Shown one piece after another: positions 51,298 to 60,868 of a stretch of 64,000 nt of DNA (positions are counted from its first letter, which is position 1; each line of letters begins with the position of its first letter). The position numbers were made by a program, and so were the translations under genes. Source of the stretch: an uncultured Chloroflexia bacterium (GTDB taxonomy: Bacteria > Chloroflexota > Anaerolineae > JAAYZQ01); assembly GCA_963700285.1 (NCBI GenBank), contig CAVOXA010000001.1, positions 1,024,001-1,088,000 of the forward strand, written 5' to 3'. The notes beneath the pieces were generated by a model that worked only from the letters and a program-made list of their open reading frames with translations, searched no databases and was not told the DNA's origin.

Positions 51298-52131
51298 CTA
51301 GTATTTTCGTACGATGGCCCGGTAGGCCGACGGTACGCGGCACTGGATGATCTGCTGTGCCTCACGGGTTTTGCGCACCTTGTCCAGATCGATCGTGGCC
51401 ACGGCATAACCCTCGATCTCTTCGTCGATGGAAGCGTATACCTCGCCTCGGGGGCCGACCACCATGCTGTCTCCGAGGAACTGGTAGCTGTACTCTTCAC
51501 CGATGCGGTTGCTGGCCACGATATACGTCGCATTCTCCGAGGCGCGCGCCTGGTTGTAGGTCCGCCACTCCTCCACAAACATGGCCCGGTCCTGGGCCGG
51601 GGAATGGCCCCAATTGGCGCACACGCACAGCAGCTCGGCGCCATCGAGGGACAGGCTGCGGGCAACTTCGGGGAAGGCCAGGTCCCAACCGAGCAGGATG
51701 CCGACCTGTCCGAAGGTGGTCTCGAATACAGGCAAGCGGTAGCCAGCGCGGAAAGCCAGCCGCTCCTCGCCAGGCAGGTGGAGCTTGCGGTACTCGCCCA
51801 GCATCTCGCCATCAGGGCCGATCAGGATGGCGGCGTTATAGATCGTGCTCTCTACCTTCTCCTTGGTCACCATGCCAAAGACGATGTGGGTGTTGTAATC
51901 GGCCGCACGCTGGGCCATCAGGTTGACAGCGTGTCCCGATGGGCGCTGGGCCACGTCGGTAAAGCGTACGCCCATCTCATAACCCGTCGTTGCCAGTTCG
52001 GGGAAAACGATCAGGTCTACGCTGTGCTCGGTGCAGATTTGGTCGGTAAACTTGCCCATGGAGACGAGATTGTCGTCGACTTTGCCCAGTTGAGGGTACA
52101 TCTGCACCACGGCTACGCTGATTTCTGGCAT
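51298..52131 (-). CDS. Carbon-nitrogen hydrolase (nitrilase superfamily) protein, catalytic Cys replaced by Gly
   Basis: LIVFPEL (Glu), YRKLHL (Lys), GILLGWDLAFPE where ICxD is expected, ARASEN, NRIG, GDSMVVGPRG. Confidence 0.88.
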   Translation of the reverse strand: MPEISVAVVQMYPQLGKVDDNLVSMGKFTDQICTEHSVDLIVFPELATTGYEMGVRFTDVAQRPSGHAVNLMAQRAADYNTHIVFGMVTKEKVESTIYNAAILIGPDGEMLGEYRKLHLPGEERLAFRAGYRLPVFETTFGQVGILLGWDLAFPEVARSLSLDGAELLCVCANWGHSPAQDRAMFVEEWRTYNQARASENATYIVASNRIGEEYSYQFLGDSMVVGPRGEVYASIDEEIEGYAVATIDLDKVRKTREAQQIIQCRVPSAYRAIVRKY

Positions 52132-52165
52132 ATTCTATGCTCCTTATCAAGGCTGAACTGCTCCC

Positions 52166-52194
52166 AGTATACCGTGAAGCGTACCAACCGTCAA
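52166..52194 (-). promoter_or_regulatory. Sigma70 promoter for the nitrilase-like gene (TTGACG-17-TATACT)
   Basis: -35 at 52194-52189, -10 at 52171-52166; SD AAGGAG downstream. Confidence 0.7.
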
Positions 52195-52206
52195 CCAGTG
52201 ACCACG

Positions 52207-52375
52207 GTAGTGGCGGGGCTGCTGCAAGGTCCGTCGACCAGCGCAACCTCCCGCAGGTTCTGCCTTTCCAGGCGTCTGTTCACGGGGGCGTCCAGCAAAA
52301 ACGCACCAGAGCCTCGCCGCGGACAAACCTGCGGGAGGTTAGGCTCCAACTTTGCTACTGCCGACACCGCCAACA
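52207..52375 (-). ncRNA. Candidate ~170-nt rod-shaped ncRNA (6S-RNA-like?)
   Basis: Own promoter upstream; ends pair (UGGCGG/CCGCCA, GCAA/UUGC); perfect 15-bp stem 52245-52259/52326-52340; G-U pairs favour the minus strand. Confidence 0.55.
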
Positions 52376-52380
52376 ACACT

Positions 52381-52409
52381 AGAATAGCACATATGTTCTT
52401 AGCTGTCAA
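52381..52409 (-). promoter_or_regulatory. Sigma70 promoter (TTGACA-17-TATTCT) with a LexA-like box in the spacer
   Basis: -35 at 52409-52404, -10 at 52386-52381; GAAC-ATAT-GTGC (52398-52387) is one mismatch from GAAC-N4-GTTC. Confidence 0.65.
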
Positions 52410-52429
52410 ATGGACGCATGTTGCTTGCG

Positions 52430-53086
52430 CTAGCGCTTGGTGGCCAGCACCAGCCTTACGGTACTCTCCTTCACCTCGATGGTTTCTCGCCAGGCTGGCA
52501 GACTTGACCTCTCCAGCAGGTTCAGGAGATCGGGTGCAGGAGCCCGCTGGCCGGTGACCCGGTACAGCCACTCCAGCCACCGAGATTGTGGAGATCTGCC
52601 GGGGAATGAGACCGCCTCGATGATGACCAATCGGCCGCCAGTTTGCAGCACGCGGTGGACCTGGTATATCCAATTCCAGTCATAGACATAAGCGGTGGGA
52701 AACGAACTGATGACAGCGGCAAAGGACTGGGGCGCGAAGGGCAGCGTTTGCGCGCGCCCGCGGCAAAGGGAGGCCGCTGCTTTTCTGTGCAGCAGTTCTT
52801 TTTGGGCACGGCGGAGCATTGCTGGCGAAAGATCGAGGCCAACTGGCTGCCAGCCGCCACCTGCCAGGTCAGCGAGGAGATGTCCAGGTCCGCAGCCGGC
52901 ATCGAGGACCCTGCCTCCGGGGGGCAGGTACGACCAGGCAGTGCTCTGCCACCTCCGCCACATGCCCCGGGACACGATCCAACTGATAGGATCGTAGAGC
53001 CAGGCCAGATCATTGTACAGCAGCTTGAACCCGTATGCGATAAGCCTTTCCCGTACCCGGCCCAAGGTCAAACGCACAGAGGCCAT
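52430..53086 (-). CDS. Class I SAM-dependent methyltransferase (UbiE-like)
   Basis: YD.ISW, VLDAGCGPG, GLDLSPAML, LPF, RVLQTGGRLVI. Confidence 0.88.
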   Translation of the reverse strand: MASVRLTLGRVRERLIAYGFKLLYNDLAWLYDPISWIVSRGMWRRWQSTAWSYLPPGGRVLDAGCGPGHLLADLAGGGWQPVGLDLSPAMLRRAQKELLHRKAAASLCRGRAQTLPFAPQSFAAVISSFPTAYVYDWNWIYQVHRVLQTGGRLVIIEAVSFPGRSPQSRWLEWLYRVTGQRAPAPDLLNLLERSSLPAWRETIEVKESTVRLVLATKR

Positions 53087-53215
53087 CCCAGCGCAGAAAA
53101 GGTGACCAGTTCAATGCCCCGGTCTACGGCGTTTACAATTAGTTGAATCCCCATTTTCTTACCCCTGACCTCTGCTTATACACCATCTCTTCCATCGGTG
53201 CAAGCCGTGGTGGGT

Positions 53216-53244
53216 TTGACATCTCTCCTGAGTTGGGCTACAAT
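53216..53244 (+). promoter_or_regulatory. Sigma70 promoter for alaS (TTGACA-17-TACAAT)
   Basis: -35 at 53216-53221, -10 at 53239-53244. Confidence 0.75.
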
Positions 53245-53318
53245 GGCCGCGGGCTGGCGGTGACTGACAGGAACTTGGCCGCCGGCCGGTGTATGTAATC
53301 GCCTGGGAGTGACAAGCC

Positions 53319-56081
53319 ATGAGACGGATGACAGGTGCCGAAGCTCGGCAGAGCTTTCTCGATTTTTTTGCCAGCAAAGACCATCTTGTTGTACCCAGTG
53401 CATCGCTGGTGCCGGTGGGCGATCCAACGCTGCTGCTGACCAACGCTGGTATGAACCAGTTCAAGAACATCTTTCTGGGTTTAGAGGAGCCACCGCACCC
53501 ACGGGTCACCGATGCACAGAAGTGCATGCGGGTCTCTGGCCACCTGAATGACCTTGAGACGGTGGGCCCGTCCCCATACCATCACACCTTTTTCGAGATG
53601 ATGGGCAATTGGTCTTTCGGTGACTATTACAAGAAGGAAGCCATTGCCTGGGCCTGGGAGCTGGCGACCCAGGTATGGGACATGGACACTGGGCGGCTGT
53701 GGGCAACCATCTTTGAGGATGATGCGGGTGATCTGCCGACCGATGAGGAGGCCCTGGGCTATTGGTTGAGCGAAACAGATATCGCACCAGATCACGTCCT
53801 CTCTTTTGGGCGCGAGGATAACTTTTGGTCCATGGGACCTATCGGACCCTGCGGTCCATGCAGCGAGCTTCACTATGATCGGGGGCCCGAATATTGTGAC
53901 AAGCAGGATGAGCAGGGCCACACGTGCGCAGTAAACGGTGACTGTGCCCGCTACCTGGAGTTCTGGAACTTGGTGTTCATCCAGTACAGTCGCGATGCCG
54001 AAGGAGTGCTGACCGAACTGCCGGCCAAGCACATTGACACGGGACTGGGCTTGGACCGTGTCGTGACCATGGCCCAGGGGGTTGTGGCCAACTATGACAC
54101 CGACCTCTTTCAGCCGGTGTTTCGACGGGTTCAGGAGATGCTGGGCCATACCGATGAAGAGGTGCAGGAGAACATGGTGGCCTACCGGGTCATTGCCGAC
54201 CACGGGCGCGCGGTGACCTTTCTGGTCGGCGACGGCGTGATCCCTGGCAACGAAGGCCGTAACTATGTGCTGCGCATGATCCTGCGACGGGCTGCTCGTT
54301 TTGGGCGAAAGATTGGGTTCACAGACCTGTTCTTGGGTGACGTGGCTGAGACAGTGATTGAGATCTTTGGCGACCACTATAGCGATCTTGGGCGCAGGCG
54401 CGACTTTATCCTGAACGTTATCCGCCAGGAGGAAGAGCGCTTCCTGCGAACTTTGGACGTGGGCCTGGTCATGCTGGATCAGATCATGGATGATCTGAAG
54501 AGTAAGGGGGAGACCACGATACCAGGCGTCGACGCGTTTCGCCTGTACGATACTTTCGGCTTTCCCCTTGATCTAACCCGGGACGTGGGCCTGGAGCATG
54601 GCTTCACCGTGGATGAGGAGGGCTTTGCCGCGGCCCTGGAGGAGCAGAGGGCCCGGGGACGAGCAGCGCAGCAGTTCGCAGCAGTTGACGGCGAGGATCT
54701 CGAGCGGTATGCCCGGTTGGCAGAAGATCTGAAAGCTCAGGGCCGGATTGGTCCGGATGGCGTCGAGTACCTCAGCCGGGAAACCATTGAGGTCGAGACG
54801 ACTGTGCTCGCGATCCTGCGCAATGGCGAGCTGGTGAGTCGTGTGAAGGCGGGCGACGAGGTTGAGGTTGTGTTGGCAGCCACTCCCTTCTACGTTGAAA
54901 GCGGTGGCCAGGTATCCGATACTGGGGTAATGGCCCGGTACGTGGATGATGAAGACGAGCCCCTGTGGGAGATCGAGATCTCTGGCATGTGGCAGCCGGT
55001 GCAGGGGCTGATGGTTCACCGGGGACACGTCGTGGAAGGGCGGCCCGCGGTGGAGGATCCTGTTTGGGCGGTGGTGAATGCGGAACGCAGGATGGACATT
55101 GCCCGCAATCATACTGCGACACACCTGCTCCACAGCGAACTTCGCTATATTTTGGGAAAGCATGTCCAACAGGCTGGTTCTCTGGTAGCCCCAGACCGGC
55201 TGCGCTTTGATTTCACCCACGGGGCAATGCTGACCCAGGATCAACTGGATGCGGTGGAGCAATCGGTGAATGATGCCATCCTGGCCAACTATCCTCTGGA
55301 GGTTGAGCACGCTACGTATCAGGATGCTGTTACTGCGGGGGCCATGGCCCTGTTTGGCGAAAAGTATGGGGAACACGTTCGGGTCGTCAAGATTGGTGTG
55401 CCTGAAGAGCCTTTCAGCCTGGAACTATGTGGCGGCACCCACATCCAGCAGACCAGCGACATTGGCCTTTTCCGCATCGTCTCTGAAGGGAGTGTCGGGG
55501 CGGGCGTGCGGCGTATCGAGGCGGTCACCGGGCGAGGGGCCCAGCAGTTGGTACAAGCCCGGCTCCGCGTACTCGATGACGCTGCCACCCACTTGGGCTC
55601 ACGGCCAGAAGAGGTGGATCGTGCCGTGCTCCGCCTGATGGGCGAGCTGCACGATCGGCAGAAAGAGATAGCCGACCTGCGCCGAGAACTTGCCCGGCTC
55701 GAGTACCATGGCTTGCTGCAGGAGATCCAGGAAGTAAAGGGTGTTCAGGTTCTGGCTGCGCGCGTGCAGGCGACTGACATGGACACGCTCCGGGAGATGA
55801 CCGACTGGTTCCGAAACCAGTTGGGGTCAGTCGTCATTGTGCTCGGCGCTGTCATTGACGACAAGCCCAACTTTGTGGCCGCAGTCACCCCAGACCTGGT
55901 GGAACGAGGCTTGAAGGCTGGTACTGTGATCAAGCAGGTAGCGCGCGTCGTTGGTGGGGGTGGTGGCGGTCGGCCAACGCTGGCCCAGGCCGGCGGCCGT
56001 GACCCGGACCGCCTGGATGATGCTCTGGCTTTGGTGTCTCAAGTGGTTGGAGATCTGTTGGATGAGGGCAAACAAGGCTAG
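53319..56081 (+). CDS. alaS: Alanine--tRNA ligase
   Basis: DPTLLLTNAGMNQFK, HHTFFEMMGNWSFGDY, GPCGPCSE, TPFYVESGGQ, NHTATHLL, ELCGGTH, GGGGGRP..AQAGG. Confidence 0.99.
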   Translation: MRRMTGAEARQSFLDFFASKDHLVVPSASLVPVGDPTLLLTNAGMNQFKNIFLGLEEPPHPRVTDAQKCMRVSGHLNDLETVGPSPYHHTFFEMMGNWSFGDYYKKEAIAWAWELATQVWDMDTGRLWATIFEDDAGDLPTDEEALGYWLSETDIAPDHVLSFGREDNFWSMGPIGPCGPCSELHYDRGPEYCDKQDEQGHTCAVNGDCARYLEFWNLVFIQYSRDAEGVLTELPAKHIDTGLGLDRVVTMAQGVVANYDTDLFQPVFRRVQEMLGHTDEEVQENMVAYRVIADHGRAVTFLVGDGVIPGNEGRNYVLRMILRRAARFGRKIGFTDLFLGDVAETVIEIFGDHYSDLGRRRDFILNVIRQEEERFLRTLDVGLVMLDQIMDDLKSKGETTIPGVDAFRLYDTFGFPLDLTRDVGLEHGFTVDEEGFAAALEEQRARGRAAQQFAAVDGEDLERYARLAEDLKAQGRIGPDGVEYLSRETIEVETTVLAILRNGELVSRVKAGDEVEVVLAATPFYVESGGQVSDTGVMARYVDDEDEPLWEIEISGMWQPVQGLMVHRGHVVEGRPAVEDPVWAVVNAERRMDIARNHTATHLLHSELRYILGKHVQQAGSLVAPDRLRFDFTHGAMLTQDQLDAVEQSVNDAILANYPLEVEHATYQDAVTAGAMALFGEKYGEHVRVVKIGVPEEPFSLELCGGTHIQQTSDIGLFRIVSEGSVGAGVRRIEAVTGRGAQQLVQARLRVLDDAATHLGSRPEEVDRAVLRLMGELHDRQKEIADLRRELARLEYHGLLQEIQEVKGVQVLAARVQATDMDTLREMTDWFRNQLGSVVIVLGAVIDDKPNFVAAVTPDLVERGLKAGTVIKQVARVVGGGGGGRPTLAQAGGRDPDRLDDALALVSQVVGDLLDEGKQG

Positions 56082-56117
56082 GGTCGCCGACTAGGGCGGC
56101 GCCTGGGGGACGTTGCA

Positions 56118-57410
56118 GTGCGAGGTATTTGGCGGGGCTCGAGAAGCGGCGAGCGACGGGCAGCGTCTGTGGGCCGGTCAGCCAGTTATTGTGTCGTGGA
56201 TCCGGGAACCTCTCGGATCCGTCTCTTGCTGGTGGAGGTGGCCAATGGGCAGTCTACATTGTGGGGTTGGGATGAGGGTCCCAGCCTGATTGATAGTGGA
56301 CTGCAGCGCCTTCTCCCAGTTTGCGAGGGGATGTTGGTTCGGGCCGAGGAAATGGCACTGACCCGCATCCCGCGTTGGCCCCTGACAGACCAAATGCTCG
56401 TGGGATTGCCGGCATCGGAACTCCAAGCAGGTGCGTGGTCCGTGACTCAGCAGAGGGCCCTGCCGGAAAGTCCCATCGAGGAACAAGAGTTGTCGACCCT
56501 GTTGGGGCGGGCTCTGCGCCTGGCCCTTAACCAGCTACGAAGCGCTGCCCCGTCTGCTAGCAGCCCTGGGCAGGGCAAGCAGAGGTCTCGCGCTCGCAAA
56601 GGGCCAGATTGGTTGCTGGTTGACGCAACAGCAGTCGCCCTGGAGGTGGATGGCAAGGCCGTCACTGACCCGGTAGGATTCCGGGGGCGGGAAGCCGCTG
56701 CGACAGTTTTTGCTGCCCTGGCCCGGGTGGAGACCATCGATCTTTGGCGGCAGGTCGCAGAGGGCCTCGAGTTCTCGATGCTAACCATCACAGCCGCGCC
56801 ATTGGCCTTGGTGTCCAGCCTGTCCGAATCTCGAGGAATTCTCGTGGATGTTGGCGGGTCCACGACCAGTCTGACCGTGTGGCAGGCTGGAAAGCCGGTG
56901 GCGGTGGCCTCAATTCCTGTGGGAGCTGCCGCATTGACGCGTGCCCTGATGCGAACATGGGATCTCTCATCTGATGCTGCTGAACGCCTAATGAGGGCTT
57001 ATGCGTGTGGGCAACTGACCGACCGCGACAAGACTCAGGTGCTAGAGGCCATGTTTCCCGCACTGCGGACCTGGCTGGAAAAGACAGAGAGCGCCTTGGC
57101 CAGGCTGAACCGAGAGAAGCCCTTGCCCGAGCGGTTGTATTTGTTGGGAGGAGGGAGTGGTTTGCCAGAGGTAATGGAGGCTGCCTGTGCCTTGGCTTGG
57201 AGTGAAGGACTGCATTTTGAGCGCTATCCATTGGTCGAGCGCCTGCGACCAACCGATGTGGTTGGGGTAATGAACCGTACTGATTTGGGTCGGGGGGCAG
57301 GAGATGTATCAGCCTTGGGGCTGGCAGCCTGGGCGGCAAACCAAAGTCACCCCCAGGGCCGCCCGGCGCGCATTCTTCGAGAGTTGTGTGAAGGACAGTG
57401 CTCGGGGTAG
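56118..57410 (+). CDS. FtsA-like actin-fold ATPase
   Basis: VDPGTSRI (phosphate 1), VDGKAVTDPVG, LVDVGGSTT (phosphate 2), LYLLGGGSGLP (adenosine motif). Confidence 0.75.
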   Translation: MRGIWRGSRSGERRAASVGRSASYCVVDPGTSRIRLLLVEVANGQSTLWGWDEGPSLIDSGLQRLLPVCEGMLVRAEEMALTRIPRWPLTDQMLVGLPASELQAGAWSVTQQRALPESPIEEQELSTLLGRALRLALNQLRSAAPSASSPGQGKQRSRARKGPDWLLVDATAVALEVDGKAVTDPVGFRGREAAATVFAALARVETIDLWRQVAEGLEFSMLTITAAPLALVSSLSESRGILVDVGGSTTSLTVWQAGKPVAVASIPVGAAALTRALMRTWDLSSDAAERLMRAYACGQLTDRDKTQVLEAMFPALRTWLEKTESALARLNREKPLPERLYLLGGGSGLPEVMEAACALAWSEGLHFERYPLVERLRPTDVVGVMNRTDLGRGAGDVSALGLAAWAANQSHPQGRPARILRELCEGQCSG

Positions 57411-57496
57411 GCGGTGGGCAGAGCGTGCCGGCCCGTCTGGGCCGCGTGGCGAACTGTCCGTCCGTCCTCTCGCGAGTGATGATCCTCGGTTAGACA

Positions 57497-59020
57497 ATGC
57501 AGCAAGTCATCTACCTTGATGTTGGCGACGATTTACCTGCGATCCGCCACCTGTTGGAGGGAGCGCAGGCAAAGCAGGTGCTGCTGGTGCTGCCCAAGGG
57601 CTACCAGCCGCTCCGTGATCCCCTCAACCTGCGGGTTCTCAGACGCTATGCGGAAGATCAGGCCCTGGACGTGGCGCTCGTTACCCGCGATGGCCGCACG
57701 CGTCAAATGGCGAAAGAAGAGGGGGTCGCCCTTGTCACCTCCGTTCGCCAGGGACAGCGTGGTCGGTGGAGGAGCAGGTCCCCGCAGCGTTCCTCGGCAG
57801 AACAGGCCGCCGTTGATCGCATGGCTGGTCTGCGCGCCGGTCGGGGAGACCCTGGTTACGGCGATAGGGCGATCGTTTGGGCTGGTCGCCTTCTGGGCTT
57901 TCTGCTCTTTGTCTTCCTTCTGCTCCTGATTGTGGGCCTCGGAGCCATCCTGGTGCCTGAGGCCAGGATCACCCTGGTGCCGTTCCGCCAGCCAGTCGAG
58001 ACGACACTGCAACTTCGAGCCGATCCCGAGGTGAGCAGGCCAGACACCGCGGCTCTGACGATTCCGGCCCGCATCGTGGAGGTGCAGGTGGAACGGACGG
58101 GCGACATTGCCACCGTCAGCAAAAAAGATGCGCCGGACTTGCCGGCCAGGGGCATGGTTACCTTTATCAATCAGACCGTGGCCCCTCAGGAGATCCTAAC
58201 GGATACCCTCGTTCGCACTTCCACAGGGTCTACCGTGCGCTTCAAGACCGTCACAACCGCCACCCTGGAGTCCGGCGTTGGGTCCAGGGCAGAGATCCAG
58301 GTCGAGGCCCTGGTGCCTGGTCCAGTGGGCAATGTAGCTTCGGCGACGATCACAGAGGTTGAAACCCCCGGGTTGCGGGGCAAGGTCAGCGTTATCAACC
58401 AGGCGCCTACTGAAGGCGGTGGCGTCAAGCAGGTGGGCGTCGTCACCCGGGTTGACATGGATCGCCTTAAGGGTCAGTTGTTCGAGGAGCTAGAGCAGCA
58501 GGCATTTCTCGAACTGCAGAGCCAGTTGAGCGAGCAAGAGTACCTGCCGCCTGAATCATTGACATTCGAGATCATGTCAGAAACCTACGATCAGTTTCTG
58601 GATACCCAGGCTGACGTGTTGCACTTGCAGATGCGTATTCTGGCTAGGGGTACCGCCGTGGACGAGGCCAACGCCAACCTGATGGCCTATGACTCGCTGA
58701 TGGAAGAGATCCCACCCACCTACGAGTTACAGTCGGAGGAAGTGTCTTTTGATCTCAGCGACGAGGTACGGATGGATGGCCGAGCTGTACTTATTGAGGT
58801 GACGGCCTTGGCCCAGTTGGTGGCCGAGGTGGACCGTGGCGCTGCGCGCTCGGCCGCAGCCGGCTTGCCCGCTGAAGAGGCCAGCCAGATACTGGCAGAC
58901 ACGTTTGCCCTGGACGCTCCGCCCCAGGTGGAGGTGATGCCGGAATGGATCAAGCGCTGGGAATGGCTGGATCGTGTACCCTTTCCACCCTTTCGCATTC
59001 AGGTGATCGTGCTGGAGTAG
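57497..59020 (+). CDS. Membrane-anchored baseplate J/gp47-like domain protein
   Basis: N-terminal IYLDVGDD...VLLVLP...NLRVLRR domain, single TM, then G.VTFIN...RFKT...VEALVPGPVGNV...VINQAPTEGG pattern. Confidence 0.75.
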   Translation: MQQVIYLDVGDDLPAIRHLLEGAQAKQVLLVLPKGYQPLRDPLNLRVLRRYAEDQALDVALVTRDGRTRQMAKEEGVALVTSVRQGQRGRWRSRSPQRSSAEQAAVDRMAGLRAGRGDPGYGDRAIVWAGRLLGFLLFVFLLLLIVGLGAILVPEARITLVPFRQPVETTLQLRADPEVSRPDTAALTIPARIVEVQVERTGDIATVSKKDAPDLPARGMVTFINQTVAPQEILTDTLVRTSTGSTVRFKTVTTATLESGVGSRAEIQVEALVPGPVGNVASATITEVETPGLRGKVSVINQAPTEGGGVKQVGVVTRVDMDRLKGQLFEELEQQAFLELQSQLSEQEYLPPESLTFEIMSETYDQFLDTQADVLHLQMRILARGTAVDEANANLMAYDSLMEEIPPTYELQSEEVSFDLSDEVRMDGRAVLIEVTALAQLVAEVDRGAARSAAAGLPAEEASQILADTFALDAPPQVEVMPEWIKRWEWLDRVPFPPFRIQVIVLE

Positions 59021-59099
59021 CGAATGGCCCCCGCCTGGTGCTGAGACTTGGGTTGCGACCAAGTGTCCACGACGGGGGCACATGGAAGGCTGTGATGTG

Positions 59100-59561
59100 G
59101 TGAGGTACCTGGCGCTAGATGTAGGGGATCGACGTGTGGGCATTGCTGTCTCTGATGAGACGGGGCTGATTGCGACGCCACTGACTGTGATCCTTCGAAA
59201 ATCCAAGGCCGAAGATTTCGCCACGATAGCACGCCTGGTGCAGGAGCAGAACGCCGGTGGCCTGGTGATTGGACAGCCACTGAATGCCAATGGCAGCGCT
59301 GGACCGCAGGCTGTACGTGTCGAGCGCTATGCCCTCGCTTTGGTTCAGGCCCTGCGCGATGAGGGATTGGAAGTGACGATAACCTTTTGGGATGAATATC
59401 TCTCCACCCAGCGGGCGCAGAAGGCAATGATTGCCGCCGGACGCCGGTCCAGGGAGCGCCGGATGCACATTGACGCCGCAGCCGCAGCTGTGATCCTTCA
59501 GGATTACCTGGACGAACAATGGCCTGATCGGTCAGTTCCGGTTAGGGAGGAGACCAATTGA
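59100..59561 (+). CDS. ruvX: Holliday junction resolvase-like protein RuvX/YqgF
   Basis: YLALDVGDRRVGIAVSD, VIGQP, WDEYLST, IDAAAAAVILQDYL. Start 59082-59100. Confidence 0.93.
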   Translation: MRYLALDVGDRRVGIAVSDETGLIATPLTVILRKSKAEDFATIARLVQEQNAGGLVIGQPLNANGSAGPQAVRVERYALALVQALRDEGLEVTITFWDEYLSTQRAQKAMIAAGRRSRERRMHIDAAAAAVILQDYLDEQWPDRSVPVREETN

Positions 59562-60859
59562 CTGCTCTGCTACAATGGCTCAAGATCGCATCATTGGCCT
59601 GGGTAGGTGCTATGCTGGTGGTGATTTTGACCGAGATCCGCCCCCTGCGGCCATTGGTCCCGGATTGGCTGCGCAACCTGTCGCGCGTTGTGGTCCTGGC
59701 CGGCACGGTGGGAGCCTTGACCCTGGCCGTGCTCCTGGGCGCCCAGTTGATGATCAGCGCGATCGAGTCCAACACGCGCATCGAGAGCGGCCAGCCTATG
59801 GACCTGTCCTTCGAGTCGACTGATTCCTTCTTTCTGAGCCTCTACTTGAGTTCTCACCAGGAAGAGTTGAATCTCCCGGCTAGCGATGATCCCACGCCGG
59901 TGACCTTTGTCGTAGAACCGGGTGAGACTGCCGCCGGTGTGGCGGCACGGCTGGAGGAGGAAGGGCTGGTCGTGGATGGCGAGGTCTTTCGGCGGTTCAT
60001 GACCTATCATGGTCTTGATGTGAGCCTGGAGGCTGGTACTTATTCTCTGCAGGCGAATATGACCATGCACGAGATCGCCGAAGCATTGCAGCACGCCAGC
60101 GCCGACACGGTCATGATCACGATTCCCGAAGGCTGGCGGGCAGAGCAGGTCGCCTGGCTACTGGAGCAACAAGGCCTGATGCGCGGAGACGCTTTCTTGG
60201 ACTATGTGCATACGGGCCAATACAATTATCCCTGGTTGGCCGACCGGCCTGCGGACGCCTCGCTGGAGGGCTATCTCTTGCCCGATACCTACGAGTTCCC
60301 GGCACAGACAACACCAGAGGCGGTAGTAGATCTCATGCTGGCCATCTTTGATGCGCGGGTCGCGCCCGAGATAGAGGGCCGGCTGGCCGGCCGGACCCTC
60401 TTTGATCTGGCTCTGGGCGCCGAGCGGCCCATGAGCGTCCGTGACGTCATGATCCTGGCTTCCATTGTTGAACGCGAGGCGGTGGTGCCAGAGGAACGGC
60501 CCGTCATCGCCAGCGTCTACTTCAATCGCCTGGATCCGGCCTTTGTCGAGGAGACGGCCCTGCGCTTGAGTGCTGACCCAACGGTGCAATACGCCAAAGG
60601 TTACGACCCCGAGACCGGCAACTGGTGGAATCCCATGTTGCCTGGCGAGGGGCAGACAATAGAATCTCCTTATAATACCTTCATGGTACAGGGACTCCCT
60701 CCAGGACCCATCGCGAGCCCGGGTCTGGCATCTATCCTGGCTGTTCTGAACCCAGCTCAGACAGATTATCTCTATTTCCACGCCATCGGGGACGGATCCC
60801 ACATCTTTGCCTCGACGCTGGAGGAGCATCTGAGGAATCAGGAGCTGTACGCGCCATAG
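59558..60859 (+). CDS. mltG: Endolytic transglycosylase MltG
   Basis: TIPEGWR, LEGYLLPDTY, LASIVEREA (catalytic Glu), ADPTVQY, SPYNT..GLPPGPIASPG, YLYF. Confidence 0.95.
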   Translation: MTALLQWLKIASLAWVGAMLVVILTEIRPLRPLVPDWLRNLSRVVVLAGTVGALTLAVLLGAQLMISAIESNTRIESGQPMDLSFESTDSFFLSLYLSSHQEELNLPASDDPTPVTFVVEPGETAAGVAARLEEEGLVVDGEVFRRFMTYHGLDVSLEAGTYSLQANMTMHEIAEALQHASADTVMITIPEGWRAEQVAWLLEQQGLMRGDAFLDYVHTGQYNYPWLADRPADASLEGYLLPDTYEFPAQTTPEAVVDLMLAIFDARVAPEIEGRLAGRTLFDLALGAERPMSVRDVMILASIVEREAVVPEERPVIASVYFNRLDPAFVEETALRLSADPTVQYAKGYDPETGNWWNPMLPGEGQTIESPYNTFMVQGLPPGPIASPGLASILAVLNPAQTDYLYFHAIGDGSHIFASTLEEHLRNQELYAP

Positions 60860-60868
60860 GAGCGCACC

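Noticed and set aside
50872-52557. 561-aa plus-strand ORF, and other long antisense ORFs (5766-7313, 7544-8614, 10735-11790, 25696-26739, 31967-33181)
   Set aside because: They are shadows of recognised genes on the opposite strand in high-GC DNA and have no family motifs.
53245-53318. T-box riboswitch upstream of alaS
   Set aside because: The leader is only ~70 nt and lacks the T-box consensus (AAUUAGGGUGGUACCGCG-like) and a terminator.
57497-59020. Prophage or contractile injection system suggested by the baseplate J-like gene
   Set aside because: No sheath, tube, spike, terminase or integrase genes; the protein has a TM anchor and sits among housekeeping genes.
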